A stretch of DNA of 32,000 nt from Clostridiaceae bacterium (GCA_034926865.1 JAYFQP010000003.1:138149-170148); one strand, 5' to 3'; counted from the stretch's first letter, positions 11,633 through 20,891 are shown. Program-made: numbers and translations. The notes: a model not told the origin generated them from the letters alone.

Positions 11633-13644
11633 TTGTCTTTCTCCTCTTTTTTCGTTTCTTTCAGATACTCTTCAATAGCCTTGTGCAGCATCGAAACGAC
11701 CTCGTCTGTAGTCTTGTCGCTGAATTGGGCGCCTGCCATATTCATACTTCCGCCGCCCCCTATTTTTTCAAGCACGAACTGTACGTTTATCTGGCCATAT
11801 GACCTGCCGGATATCGCACATCCTCCGGATGCCTCGGGATAAACGGCAAAAGCCGCCGAGACGTCACTTATGTTTACAAGCTCGTCGATAGCCTGTGAAG
11901 CCACTGCCCTGTCTATTGGGTGGCTGCTTACGACAAGCGATATTCCGGGGAAAATATGCTTGGCCCCCGATATAAGCTGATAGCGTTTTATATAGCTTTC
12001 AAGATTGCCGGAGAACATTTTTCGAACATCTATGGTGTCTGCACCTATTTGCTTTAAGTAAGCTGCGGCCTCAAAGGTTCGCACGCCGGTCTTAACGGTA
12101 AAGCTCTTGGTATCAAGCACTATTCCGGCAAGCAGCGCTTCCGCCTCATACTTCAAAAGCTCCTGCGGAGTTATTATATACTGCAAAAGTTCAGTCACAA
12201 GCTCGCTTGCCGAGCTGGCATAAGGCTCATGCATATTGATGGCAGTTTTTTCTATATAGTTTGCCGAACGCCGGTGGTGGTCAATAACTGCTACTTTCTG
12301 GATAGACTCCAAAAGCCTCGGCGCCTCAACTATATCCGGCCTTGATGTATCGACGACCACAAGCAAAGACTGAGCGTCGGCCCGCAGCATGGCCTCATCC
12401 TCAGATATGAATACATCATTATATTCAGGTGATTCCAATAGCCTGTCAATAAGCTCTTTTGCCAAAGTCATATCCCTATTTATAACGACATAATGAGGCT
12501 TGCCGCATTTACGAACAGCCGCCACAACTCCTGCACAGGAGCCTATACTGTCAAGATCAGACACCCGGTGCCCCATTATAAACACCTGTGAAGAGTCCTT
12601 TATCAGCTGCCTCAAGGCATTCGCCATTACCCTTGACTTAACCTTTGTCCTTTTTTCTATTTCCTTACTCTGCCCCCCGAAAAACTCAAAACCACCCGGA
12701 GATTTTGTAACCACCTGATCTCCCCCTCGAGAAAGGGCCATATCTATTCCGAGGTTGGCATAACCGTAAAGCTCCGCAAGGCTGCATTCCTCTCCTTTGC
12801 CTATTCCTATCGAAAGGGTTGCCGGGATGCCCTCGCTGTTTTTGACTTCATGCATGGATTCTATTATTGAGAACTTATCCGCCGTCAGCTCCAAAAGCGC
12901 GGATGTTTCAAATACTGTCAGATATTTACCGCGTTCGAGCTTTCTGAAAACGCCGCCGCTATTTTTGAACCATGCACTCAAGCGGCTGTCTATTTCGGCT
13001 GTGATCATCGATTTTTCCGACTCGCTGATATTTTTATAAAGCTCTTCATGACTGTCTATCAATACTACAGCAACGACTGGGCGCGTCTTTCTGAAGCGCT
13101 CACGAAGGTCACTGTATTCTGTTATATCTACCCAGAAAAGAGTTGCCAGCAGACCGCCCTTCTCGACGCCTGAGTTTTTAACTATATTTCCGTATACGTT
13201 ATACTTTTTCGATCCAACCTGAACGTCGAAAGGACAACTGGTTTTTCCCTCCATGATCCATCTCGTGTCAAATCCGGGAATTATTTCAGTTATATGGGCA
13301 TCATAAAGCCTGGAATTGCCGTTAACAATAGATTCAAAGCTCTCATTTTGCCATACTATCTCGCTGTTGTCAAGCCGAAGTATAACCATGGGAAGAGGGA
13401 AATTGACTATGGTATTTTTTGAGGCGTTATCTACCTGAAAGGCAAGGGTCTCTACGTACCGCTTGATGCCGTTGCTTCGCCGGTTTGCCTTACGTCTATA
13501 AAACACAAAAACAAGCACGGCTAAAGCTCCCTCAATGCAAGCCACAGGGATAGAGTAATAAAAAGTAACGCCCACAAAAATAATGAGCATTGCAAATATT
13601 AATTTAAAACCCGGCTCAAGGAGCTTCGCCAGTTTTTTATCCAT
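11629..13644 (-). CDS. gdpP: GdpP-type c-di-AMP phosphodiesterase (TM, PAS-like, degenerate GGDEF, DHH/DHHA1)
   Basis: It has two N-terminal TM helices, DHH motifs ([20 protein letters not shown]) and a DHHA1 glycine box (GGGGS..AGAQ). It sits in the gdpP(yybT)-rplI-dnaC order known from Bacillus. I prefer the ATG at 13644 (MDKKLAKLL...), which follows a GGAGAG RBS. The ORF track start at 13689 adds 15 aa. Confidence 0.85.
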   Translation of the reverse strand: MDKKLAKLLEPGFKLIFAMLIIFVGVTFYYSIPVACIEGALAVLVFVFYRRKANRRSNGIKRYVETLAFQVDNASKNTIVNFPLPMVILRLDNSEIVWQNESFESIVNGNSRLYDAHITEIIPGFDTRWIMEGKTSCPFDVQVGSKKYNVYGNIVKNSGVEKGGLLATLFWVDITEYSDLRERFRKTRPVVAVVLIDSHEELYKNISESEKSMITAEIDSRLSAWFKNSGGVFRKLERGKYLTVFETSALLELTADKFSIIESMHEVKNSEGIPATLSIGIGKGEECSLAELYGYANLGIDMALSRGGDQVVTKSPGGFEFFGGQSKEIEKRTKVKSRVMANALRQLIKDSSQVFIMGHRVSDLDSIGSCAGVVAAVRKCGKPHYVVINRDMTLAKELIDRLLESPEYNDVFISEDEAMLRADAQSLLVVVDTSRPDIVEAPRLLESIQKVAVIDHHRRSANYIEKTAINMHEPYASSASELVTELLQYIITPQELLKYEAEALLAGIVLDTKSFTVKTGVRTFEAAAYLKQIGADTIDVRKMFSGNLESYIKRYQLISGAKHIFPGISLVVSSHPIDRAVASQAIDELVNISDVSAAFAVYPEASGGCAISGRSYGQINVQFVLEKIGGGGSMNMAGAQFSDKTTDEVVSMLHKAIEEYLKETKKEEKDK

Positions 13645-13805
13645 AGCTCTCCGCCTCACTTCTAATGGCCGCAATAGGCCCAAGGGCAATAATACAATAA
13701 TTATATTTCAGTATATCAAACAGAGAAAAAAATGTAAAGGCCACATGGCCATCCTATATACAGTAAAAAACTTTTATCTGTTACATATCAAAGATTTGTA
13801 AACGT

Positions 13806-13832
13806 AAAAGCCAGCCGTAAAGGCTGGCTTTT
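13806..13832 (-). terminator. Bidirectional-looking rho-independent terminator downstream of rnj
   Basis: GCCAGCC (13810-13816) pairs with GGCTGGC (13822-13828). The stem is flanked by AAAA and TTTT, and the structure ends 22 nt past the rnj stop. Confidence 0.75.
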
Positions 13833-13853
13833 ACTTATATACTCTATATTATT

Positions 13854-15758
13854 TTACTGAATCTCGGTTATTATAGGCAACACCATTGGGCTGCGTTTTA
13901 TCTGCTTATAAAGATATTCAGACAAATCTTCTTTAAGTTTATTTTTGATGACGTTCCTGTCCCGAAGCTTAATATCCACAATACAGCGCTCGATGGCGTT
14001 CTTGGCAATACGGCGCATGCCCTCATTAAGCTCCTCTGCCTCTTTTGTATAGATAAATCCTCTCGATATAATATCCGGGCCAGAAATGATAGCTGTAAGC
14101 TCTTTATTTAGTATCGCTTCGGCGACTATTATTCCGTCCTCGGAGAGCAGCTTTCTCTCTCTTAAGACAGCGGCGCCAACATCTCCTACGCCGTATCCGT
14201 CAACAAGCACTCTGCCGGCCTGTACCGTAGAGCTCTGAACCGCTGTGTTGCCGTCAAACTCTACAACCGACCCCAGATCCCCGATGATGATGTTTCGGCT
14301 GTCTAGGCCGCTGGCCTGAGCAAGGCTTGCGTGGATCAAAAGATGCCTGCATTCACCATGTACCGGCATAAAATAACGGGGCTTCACGAGAGCAAGTATT
14401 ATCTTGAGTTCTTCCTGACAGGCATGGCCTGAAACATGCACATCCGCTATAGCGTTATATACAACGTCAGCTCCGCGTCTGAACAGCTCGTTGACCATTT
14501 GTGAGATAGCCTTTTCATTGCCCGGTATCGGAGAAGCCGAAATTATTATTCTGTCGTCCTTGCCTACCTCGATCTGCCTATGCCCCGTAAATGCCATGCG
14601 GTAAAGCGCGCTCATCGGCTCTCCCTGGCTTCCTGTGGTAATAACCACAAGCTGTTCTTTCGGATAACGGTTTATCTGATTAAGATCTATAAGCGTTTTA
14701 TCCGGAACCTGTATATATCCAAGCTCCATAGCTACCTTCAGGATATTCTCCATGCTGCGCCCTGAGACAGCGACCTTGCGCTTGTATTTTACGGCAGTAT
14801 TTATTATTTGCTGGATCCTGTCTACGTTTGAAGCAAAGGTCGCAACTATCATACGTCTGTCACAATTCTTAAAATATGAATCAAACGACTCTCCGACCTT
14901 CCTCTCGCTCATCGAAAAACCCTGTCGCTCGGCGTTTGTGGAATCGCTCATAAGGAGCATTACGCCCTCACGGCCAAGTCTGCCGAAACGTTCAAGGTCA
15001 ATCATCTCACCCTTGATCGGAGTCGGATCGATCTTAAAATCCCCCGTCATGACCACCATGCCGACAGGGGTCTTAATGGCAAGTGCAACGGCATCCGCAA
15101 TAGAGTGGTTTACCCTAATCAGCTCGATGTCGAAGCAGCCGAGCTTTATATGATCTCCAGCTTTTTTAACATTGATCTTGACCTTGCCGAGGTTTTTATG
15201 TTCAGATATTTTGAGCGATATAACTCCGGCAGTCAAGGCTGTGCAATAGATAGGGGCTTTTATATCTCTCAAAAAATATGGCAGAGCCCCTATATGATCC
15301 TCATGAGCATGTGTGAGCACAACACCTCTTACTTTTTCTTTATTCTTAACGAGATATGTCATATCAGGTATGACAAGATCTACTCCCAGAAGCTCATCGT
15401 CAGGAAAAGTCAGCCCGCAGTCAACGATAAAAATATCTTCGCCATATTCAAAAACGGTAAGATTCTTCCCTATTTCGTTAAGCCCGCCAAGTGGAATTAT
15501 CCTTAACTTGGGAACTCCTTTTTTTTCAGCCCTTGCAGGATTTTTCTGTGAGTTTTGAATACTCTTTTCTTTTTTCTCCATTGGTTTTCTGTCCAATGGC
15601 TTTTTGTCTATTGGCTTTTTGACAACCTGATTCTTTTCGGCCGGTTTTTTCTCGTCCGTATTTTTACCGGCATCTCCTCCCTGCTTCTGCGGCTGTGGTC
15701 TGAGATTCGCCGCCTGATTTCGCGGGCGGCGGTTTTGATTATTCTTTTTTGCTTCCAT
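13854..15758 (-). CDS. rnj: Ribonuclease J with a basic N-terminal extension of about 80 aa
   Basis: It has a metallo-beta-lactamase motif (THAHEDHIGALP), a beta-CASP region and a C-terminal domain. The conserved core begins at KLRIIPLGGLNEIGKN. The ATG at 15758 has a GGAG RBS 5 nt upstream, which supports the long form. Confidence 0.92.
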   Translation of the reverse strand: MEAKKNNQNRRPRNQAANLRPQPQKQGGDAGKNTDEKKPAEKNQVVKKPIDKKPLDRKPMEKKEKSIQNSQKNPARAEKKGVPKLRIIPLGGLNEIGKNLTVFEYGEDIFIVDCGLTFPDDELLGVDLVIPDMTYLVKNKEKVRGVVLTHAHEDHIGALPYFLRDIKAPIYCTALTAGVISLKISEHKNLGKVKINVKKAGDHIKLGCFDIELIRVNHSIADAVALAIKTPVGMVVMTGDFKIDPTPIKGEMIDLERFGRLGREGVMLLMSDSTNAERQGFSMSERKVGESFDSYFKNCDRRMIVATFASNVDRIQQIINTAVKYKRKVAVSGRSMENILKVAMELGYIQVPDKTLIDLNQINRYPKEQLVVITTGSQGEPMSALYRMAFTGHRQIEVGKDDRIIISASPIPGNEKAISQMVNELFRRGADVVYNAIADVHVSGHACQEELKIILALVKPRYFMPVHGECRHLLIHASLAQASGLDSRNIIIGDLGSVVEFDGNTAVQSSTVQAGRVLVDGYGVGDVGAAVLRERKLLSEDGIIVAEAILNKELTAIISGPDIISRGFIYTKEAEELNEGMRRIAKNAIERCIVDIKLRDRNVIKNKLKEDLSEYLYKQIKRSPMVLPIITEIQ

Positions 15759-15976
15759 TTTATCTCCGTTTCTTTTTTAGGAAGCCCGTTCCTTCTGTTA
15801 CACAAAGGCCTTAATTCTTTAAAAGGCACAGCAAAACAAGGTTAGCCGTCCACATCGGCTAACGGGCTGCCATAATATAATTTTAAATTTATTTTAAATA
15901 TATTAAGCCATTCCATAGACAAGCTCATGGAAGGCCTCAATCCATAATAAAACTGTATTGTATACATGTATTTGTT

Positions 15977-16005
15977 ACTATAACATATTATTCTCATTTA
16001 TGCAA
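15977..16005 (-). promoter_or_regulatory. Candidate sigma-A promoter for rnj
   Basis: On the minus strand there is TTGCAT (16005-16000), a 17-nt spacer, then TATAGT (15982-15977) preceded by TGT (extended -10). This would give a leader of about 210 nt. It rests on sequence match only. Confidence 0.35.
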
Positions 16006-16256
16006 ATTTTATGTTTCAATATGGCGAAATACCATATGTCATATTCAAAACTCAATTCCCGCTCTCTCTTATTATTATTGCCTCAACAGCTGGCATTTTA
16101 TTTGCTCTTTCAAAAATATTAATGCTCGGATAATGAGGTGATTTTTCTTAATAATATTTTATCCCGCCGGAGACATAATTGCCATTAATTTTTTTTCAAA
16201 TTATAAAATTAAACATACCTTTAATATCTCTGTTATGAGGTTTTCTATATGGCTTA

Positions 16257-16302
16257 AATAAAAAGGCGGCACCTCCTTTGGGAGATGCCGCCCAGCTTTT
16301 TT
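16257..16302 (-). terminator. Rho-independent terminator of the feo operon
   Basis: GGCGGCACCTCC (16265-16276) pairs with GGAGATGCCGCC (16281-16292), with one mismatch. On the minus strand the hairpin is followed by TTTTATTT. A T-run is also present on the plus side. Confidence 0.75.
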
Positions 16303-16361
16303 ACTATCTCATTTACCTATTTACCCAAATCATGCGGTCATCAATCATCCCACAGGCAAGA

Positions 16362-16508
16362 TTATTTATTCTTACCATGCCTGCTTTGGCAATTTGTTTT
16401 GCATTTTGAACAATCACCGCAGCATCCGCCGCTCTTTTTATACTTTCTGAACGCCAGAAAAATCACAATGGCCAAAACCGCTATAACTATAATATCCTGT
16501 GGTTTCAT
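16362..16508 (-). CDS. FeoB-associated Cys-rich small membrane protein
   Basis: Starting from the ATG at 16508 the product is MKPQDIIVIAVLAIVIFLAFRKYKKSGGCCGDCSKCKTNCQ... This is one TM helix followed by a Cys cluster. The ATG lies directly after the feoB stop. The ORF track start at 16547 lies inside feoB. Confidence 0.7.
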   Translation of the reverse strand: MKPQDIIVIAVLAIVIFLAFRKYKKSGGCCGDCSKCKTNCQSRHGKNK

Positions 16509-16509
16509 A

Positions 16510-18531
16510 TCAAAGACCAACCGCCAATCCGAAAGAATATATGACAAACGAGACTATCCAGGCAATGCTTGTCTGAAATGCCATGACGCCAACGGCCTTG
16601 CCCATACCCCCTAGCTCGCGTCGCACCGCCGCCATAGCAGCAACACACGGCATATACAGAAGTGTAAAAACAAGGAAAGAAACTGCCTGCAGCGGAGTAA
16701 ACAACGCCGCCAGCAAAGCTGCAAGATTTCCCTCTGAAGCCCCGAGAACCATCGTAAACGTGCTTACTACTGCCTCTTTGGCTCCAAGCCCGCTTATAAG
16801 GGCGGCAACACACTGCCATTTTCCGAAGCCGAGAGGAGTAAATATAGGAGCCACAAATCTTCCTATGGCAACAAGCATACTATCCGAAACATCGCTTACC
16901 ATATTGAAGCCAAAATCAAGATTTTGGAGCAGCCATATTACTATCGAAGCAATAAAGATAATCGTAAATGCCTTTACAAGAAAATCCTTAGCCTTTTCCC
17001 ACATAAGGTAAAGAGAGCTTCTAAGCGACGGAACGCGGTATGACGGAAGCTCAAGGACGAACGGGGCGGGACGGCCGCGGAAGAGGCTGCTCTTCAGAAG
17101 AAATCCGACCAGTATACCAACAAGCATGCCCGTGACATAAAGGCCCATCATTACAAGAGCCGTATGCTTTGGGAAAAATGCCTGACACATGATAGAATAA
17201 ATAGGCAGTTTTGCCGAGCATGACATAAAGGGTATAAGCAATATCGTCATCTTGCGGTCACGCTCTCCGGGTAACGTCCTCGTTGCCATAATCGCCGGCA
17301 CTGAACATCCGAAGCCTATAAGCATAGGCACAAATGACCTACCAGAAAGGCCGATCGAGCGCAAAAGCTTATCCATTACAAAAGCGACTCTCGCCATGTA
17401 TCCGCTGTCCTCAAGAAGCGACAGCAGAAAGAAAAGTACAACGATAGTCGGCAGGAAGGAAAGAACCGCTCCTATGCCCGCGCAGGCGCCGTCTATTATA
17501 AGGGAATGGAGCCATGAGCTTACTCCTGCCGCTACAAGAGATTTATCGATAAGCCCAATAAAAACATCGACAATACTCTCGAACCAGCCAGAAAGCACCG
17601 GCCCAACAAGGCCAAAGGTTATATAGAAAACAAGCATCATTATCCCAAGGAATATCGGGATGCCGTATAACTTATGTGTGAGTATCTGATCTATTTTCCA
17701 TGAACGTTTCTGTTCCTTTGTCTCGCCTGGATGTTTTACCGTTTGTTTGCAAGCTTCCTCAATAAACGTATATCTCATATCGGCCAGCGCCGCTTCCCTG
17801 TCTGTTCCCAGAGTCTTTTCCATATCTTCTACGATATGGTTAATAACATCAAGGTCCGCCTCGTGTATGTTAAGCTTGTCTGTCATTAGCTTATCTCCCT
17901 CGACAAGCTTTGAAGCGGCAAATCGCTTAGGCACCTTACATCTCTGAGCATGGTCCTCGATGATATGCGCCACTGAATGCAATGCCCTATGAACCGCGCC
18001 CTCACAGAAGTCTATTTTTCTGGGACGGCTTTGCTTTTCCACCATCTCTATGGCCTTATCCACAAGATCATGAACGCCATCCCCGTTTATGGCAGAGATA
18101 GCCACCACTGGTATCCCAAGCTCCTCCGACAAAGCATCAACATCAACGCTTCCGCCCGAACCTACCATCTCATCCATCATATTTAAAGCCAAAACCATCG
18201 GCATATCAAGCTCTATGAGCTGAAGAGTCAAATAAAGGTTGCGCTCGATATTAGTCGCGTCAGCTATATTTATTATTCCCTGAGGCTCGCCGGATAAAAG
18301 GTAATCCCTTGTCACAACCTCCTCTGATGTATATGGTGAAAGCGAATATATTCCAGGAAGATCGACTACATGGGCGCCGCTGTGACCCAGTATGTCACCC
18401 TCTTTTCGCTCTACCGTTACCCCAGGAAAATTTCCCACATGCTGCCTTGAACCTGTAAGCAGATTAAAAAGCGTTGTTTTTCCGCAATTTTGGTTACCTG
18501 CCAAAGCAAATGTAATATTCATGCTAGTCAT
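16510..18531 (-). CDS. feoB: Ferrous iron transporter FeoB
   Basis: The N-terminal G-domain has G1 (GNQNCGKTT) and G3 (DLPG) motifs and is followed by a polytopic membrane domain. The product is 673 aa. Its start overlaps the feoA stop by 1 nt (TAATG). Confidence 0.96.
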   Translation of the reverse strand: MTSMNITFALAGNQNCGKTTLFNLLTGSRQHVGNFPGVTVERKEGDILGHSGAHVVDLPGIYSLSPYTSEEVVTRDYLLSGEPQGIINIADATNIERNLYLTLQLIELDMPMVLALNMMDEMVGSGGSVDVDALSEELGIPVVAISAINGDGVHDLVDKAIEMVEKQSRPRKIDFCEGAVHRALHSVAHIIEDHAQRCKVPKRFAASKLVEGDKLMTDKLNIHEADLDVINHIVEDMEKTLGTDREAALADMRYTFIEEACKQTVKHPGETKEQKRSWKIDQILTHKLYGIPIFLGIMMLVFYITFGLVGPVLSGWFESIVDVFIGLIDKSLVAAGVSSWLHSLIIDGACAGIGAVLSFLPTIVVLFFLLSLLEDSGYMARVAFVMDKLLRSIGLSGRSFVPMLIGFGCSVPAIMATRTLPGERDRKMTILLIPFMSCSAKLPIYSIMCQAFFPKHTALVMMGLYVTGMLVGILVGFLLKSSLFRGRPAPFVLELPSYRVPSLRSSLYLMWEKAKDFLVKAFTIIFIASIVIWLLQNLDFGFNMVSDVSDSMLVAIGRFVAPIFTPLGFGKWQCVAALISGLGAKEAVVSTFTMVLGASEGNLAALLAALFTPLQAVSFLVFTLLYMPCVAAMAAVRRELGGMGKAVGVMAFQTSIAWIVSFVIYSFGLAVGL

Positions 18532-18752
18532 TACCCCCTAAGCGCTATCTTCTTCGCGTCATCAAGGCGCAAAGTGAGTTCATATCCGCGAAGTTTTATT
18601 TCTATGGGATCGCCCATAGGCGCTTTTTTTCTCATGACTATCTTTGTTCCCGGAGTAAGCCCCATATCAAGAAATCTTCTCCTGAGAGCCCCTTCACCTC
18701 CAATGGTGTCTATAACGGCTTCCCGTCCGATTTCAAGCTTATCAAGGGTCAT
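18531..18752 (-). CDS. feoA: FeoA family iron transport protein
   Basis: The 73-aa product is SH3-like FeoA sequence (RRRFLDMGLTPGTKIVMRKKAPMGDPIEI). It lies immediately upstream of feoB. Confidence 0.9.
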   Translation of the reverse strand: MTLDKLEIGREAVIDTIGGEGALRRRFLDMGLTPGTKIVMRKKAPMGDPIEIKLRGYELTLRLDDAKKIALRG

Positions 18753-18800
18753 AATACCGCCTCTTTCTGTAAGTTAGCTGCTGCTACTTCCTTCAGCTCA

Positions 18801-18829
18801 ATATTAGCATAGACTAATTCATATGTCAA
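18801..18829 (-). promoter_or_regulatory. Candidate sigma-A promoter of feoAB
   Basis: On the minus strand there is TTGACA (18829-18824), a 17-nt spacer, then TAATAT (18806-18801). It lies about 50 nt upstream of the feoA ATG. Confidence 0.45.
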
Positions 18830-18866
18830 TAAATCGCCTGCTTGTCTGAATTTATTCTACTGCTTA

Positions 18867-18896
18867 TTGAAATATCTCTGTATTTAATATTATAAT
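18867..18896 (+). promoter_or_regulatory. Candidate sigma-A promoter of ruvX
   Basis: TTGAAA (18867-18872), an 18-nt spacer, then TATAAT (18891-18896). It lies about 45 nt upstream of the ruvX ATG and is divergent from the feo promoter. Confidence 0.45.
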
Positions 18897-18940
18897 ACTA
18901 TTGTTATTATGAATATTTTTTATTTAGGAGGCCGTATATT

Positions 18941-19351
18941 ATGAGAGTAATGGCCATAGATTTAGGTGATGTGCGGACAGGCGTGGCGATTTCCGATATC
19001 ACGGGGTTTCTTGCCGGAAGAAGTGTCACAATAACCGAGCGTGACCGCGAAAAGCTCATAGGGCTTCTTCTTGATATAATCGAAAAGGAAAAACCGTCAG
19101 AAATCGTTTTGGGCCTGCCGATAAATATGAACGGCACTGAAGGTCCGAGAGCGCAAAAATCAAGAGATTTTGGCAAAATGCTTTCAGACCGCTGCGGCAT
19201 TCCTGTTTTTTATACGGACGAGAGGGGCTCGTCTATTACCGCCAACAGGATTCTTAGCGATGCCGGCAAAAAGCGCGGAAAACAGCGCTGCCAGGTAGAC
19301 GCCGTAGCTGCGGCTATCATCCTTCAGAGCTATCTGGATGGCCGGCGCTGA
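18941..19351 (+). CDS. ruvX: YqgF/RuvX family putative pre-16S rRNA nuclease (Holliday junction resolvase-like)
   Basis: MRVMAIDLGDVRTGVAISD is the typical RNase H-fold N-terminus. Other family features are GLPINMNGTEGP and DERGSSITA. The product is 136 aa and an AGGAGG RBS is present. Confidence 0.9.
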   Translation: MRVMAIDLGDVRTGVAISDITGFLAGRSVTITERDREKLIGLLLDIIEKEKPSEIVLGLPINMNGTEGPRAQKSRDFGKMLSDRCGIPVFYTDERGSSITANRILSDAGKKRGKQRCQVDAVAAAIILQSYLDGRR

Positions 19352-19510
19352 AAGCATACCATCTGCACGATTTTGGAAGCATCATATACTTTTACTATAT
19401 TTTCATATTAAAATATAATAATTCTGGTACTTTTAAAACTTTATTCTTTCTTATCGGCAAATGTAATGATAATATGTAAATATAACAATTTTTTGCTGGA
19501 GGGAAAAACT

Positions 19511-20881
19511 ATGACAGACAGACAACAGCTTATCGTCAAAAATGTAGATACCCATAAGCAGCTTATTCTCGATGCAGAGAGGTGGCTATGGGCGCATCCC
19601 CAGACAGGCTACACCGAATGGGAGGCTCATGAATACCTTAAAGAGAAATATGAGTCTTTCGGCTATCAGCTTACTCTCGCAGGCAACATCCCCGGCTTCT
19701 ATACCGACGTCGATACCGGCAAACCCGGCCCAAAGCTCTGCATATTCGGTGAACTCGACGCCCTCGACATCGCCAACCATCCCGAATCTGTAAACGGAAT
19801 GACCCACTGCTGCGGCCATCACGCACAAGGCTCCGCCCTTCTCGGCATAGCAGCTGCTCTTAAAGAGCCCGGCGCTCTTGAAGGCCTCTGCGGTGTCATC
19901 AGGCTTGTAGTCGTTCCCGCAGAAGAGATGATCCAGCTTGCTTTCCGCGAAGACCTCCGCAAAAAAGGCGTTATCTCCTATATGGGCGGCAAGGTAGAAT
20001 TCATGTCAAGAGGCTTCCTTGACGGAATGGATATCGCAATGATGGTACACGGCGGAGCGGCCGGACCAACAGAAGCACTTGACTTTGTATGCGGCCTTGG
20101 CATGAATGGCTGTATGGCTAAAACGATCAAATATAAGGGCAAATCCTCCCATGCCGGCGGCGCTCCCCATCTGGGAATCAACGCCCAATATGCCGCGATG
20201 CTCGGCCTTCAGGCCTGCAACGATCTGCGCGAGACCTTTCAGGAAAAAGACACCATCCGCTTCCATCCAATCATGATGGGCGTCAACTGCGCCGTAAACA
20301 TCATCCCTGATGAAATGAAGATAGAGAGCTATGTAAGAGGCCGTACTCTTGAGGCAATGAAGCAAGAAAACAAAAAGATCAACAGGGCTCTCACAGGCGC
20401 TGCCCTTGCCATGGGCGCAGGCGTAGAACTTTGCGACAGGCCCGGCTATTCTCCAGAGTTCCATGATCCTGCCTTCATGAAGCTTGTTGAGCAGTGCTGC
20501 TGTGACCTTGCGGGCGCTGACAGAGTTACCTTTGACTATACCGCATGGAGCACAGGATCCTCCGACTTCGGCGATGTCACATGCGTTGTTCCGGGCGTAC
20601 AGTTCTTTGCCATGGGCGCTGTGGGGACAGCCCACGGTATAGACTATTACGTAACAGACCCCAACCGTCTCTGCATCAATTCTGCCAAGGCTCAGCTCTT
20701 TGTAACAGATGCGCTGCTTTCAAACAACGGAGCTGCCGCAAAGGAGATCATCGCAAACTACAAGCCACAGTATCCTTCTATCAAGGCATATCTAGAGGCT
20801 ATCAACGAGCTTATCCTTGATAAGGACGCCGTCAAGTATGATGAAAACGGCAACGCCACTGTAGATTTTCTGAACAACTAA
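19511..20881 (+). CDS. M20 family amidohydrolase, AbgB-like (copy 1)
   Basis: The 456-aa product resembles E. coli AbgB as I recall it. Shared-looking segments are WAHPQTGYTEWEAHEYL, GNIPGFY, GELDAL, the metal-site motif HCCGHH and SSDFGDV. The ATG at 19511 follows a GGAGGG RBS. The ORF track start at 19466 adds 15 aa with no RBS. Confidence 0.8.
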   Translation: MTDRQQLIVKNVDTHKQLILDAERWLWAHPQTGYTEWEAHEYLKEKYESFGYQLTLAGNIPGFYTDVDTGKPGPKLCIFGELDALDIANHPESVNGMTHCCGHHAQGSALLGIAAALKEPGALEGLCGVIRLVVVPAEEMIQLAFREDLRKKGVISYMGGKVEFMSRGFLDGMDIAMMVHGGAAGPTEALDFVCGLGMNGCMAKTIKYKGKSSHAGGAPHLGINAQYAAMLGLQACNDLRETFQEKDTIRFHPIMMGVNCAVNIIPDEMKIESYVRGRTLEAMKQENKKINRALTGAALAMGAGVELCDRPGYSPEFHDPAFMKLVEQCCCDLAGADRVTFDYTAWSTGSSDFGDVTCVVPGVQFFAMGAVGTAHGIDYYVTDPNRLCINSAKAQLFVTDALLSNNGAAAKEIIANYKPQYPSIKAYLEAINELILDKDAVKYDENGNATVDFLNN

Positions 20882-20891
20882 TCTTTCTTTC

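Noticed and set aside
11629-13644. A possible His-to-Ser change in the DHHA1 GGGH box of GdpP (it reads [12 protein letters not shown])
   Set aside because: I cannot align this box reliably from memory, so a claim of altered catalysis would be unsupported without a profile alignment.
16021-16122. A 33-codon ATG ORF (MAKYHMSYSKLNSRS...) in the AT-rich spacer
   Set aside because: It has no RBS and unremarkable composition, and such an ORF is expected by chance in AT-rich DNA.
16583-17626. Plus-strand ORFs (142 aa and 124 aa) antisense to feoB, and similar antisense ORFs inside ftsH, dnaB, gdpP, rnj, tilS and the EAL gene
   Set aside because: The opposite strand carries strongly motif-supported genes. 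The antisense products are Ser/Pro/Ala-rich with no recognisable motifs or ribosome-binding sites.
18753-18940. Possible Fur box in the feoA/ruvX divergent region
   Set aside because: AT-rich stretches such as ATTGTTATTATGAATAT only loosely resemble the Fur consensus. I could not align a convincing 7-1-7 or 19-bp box by eye.
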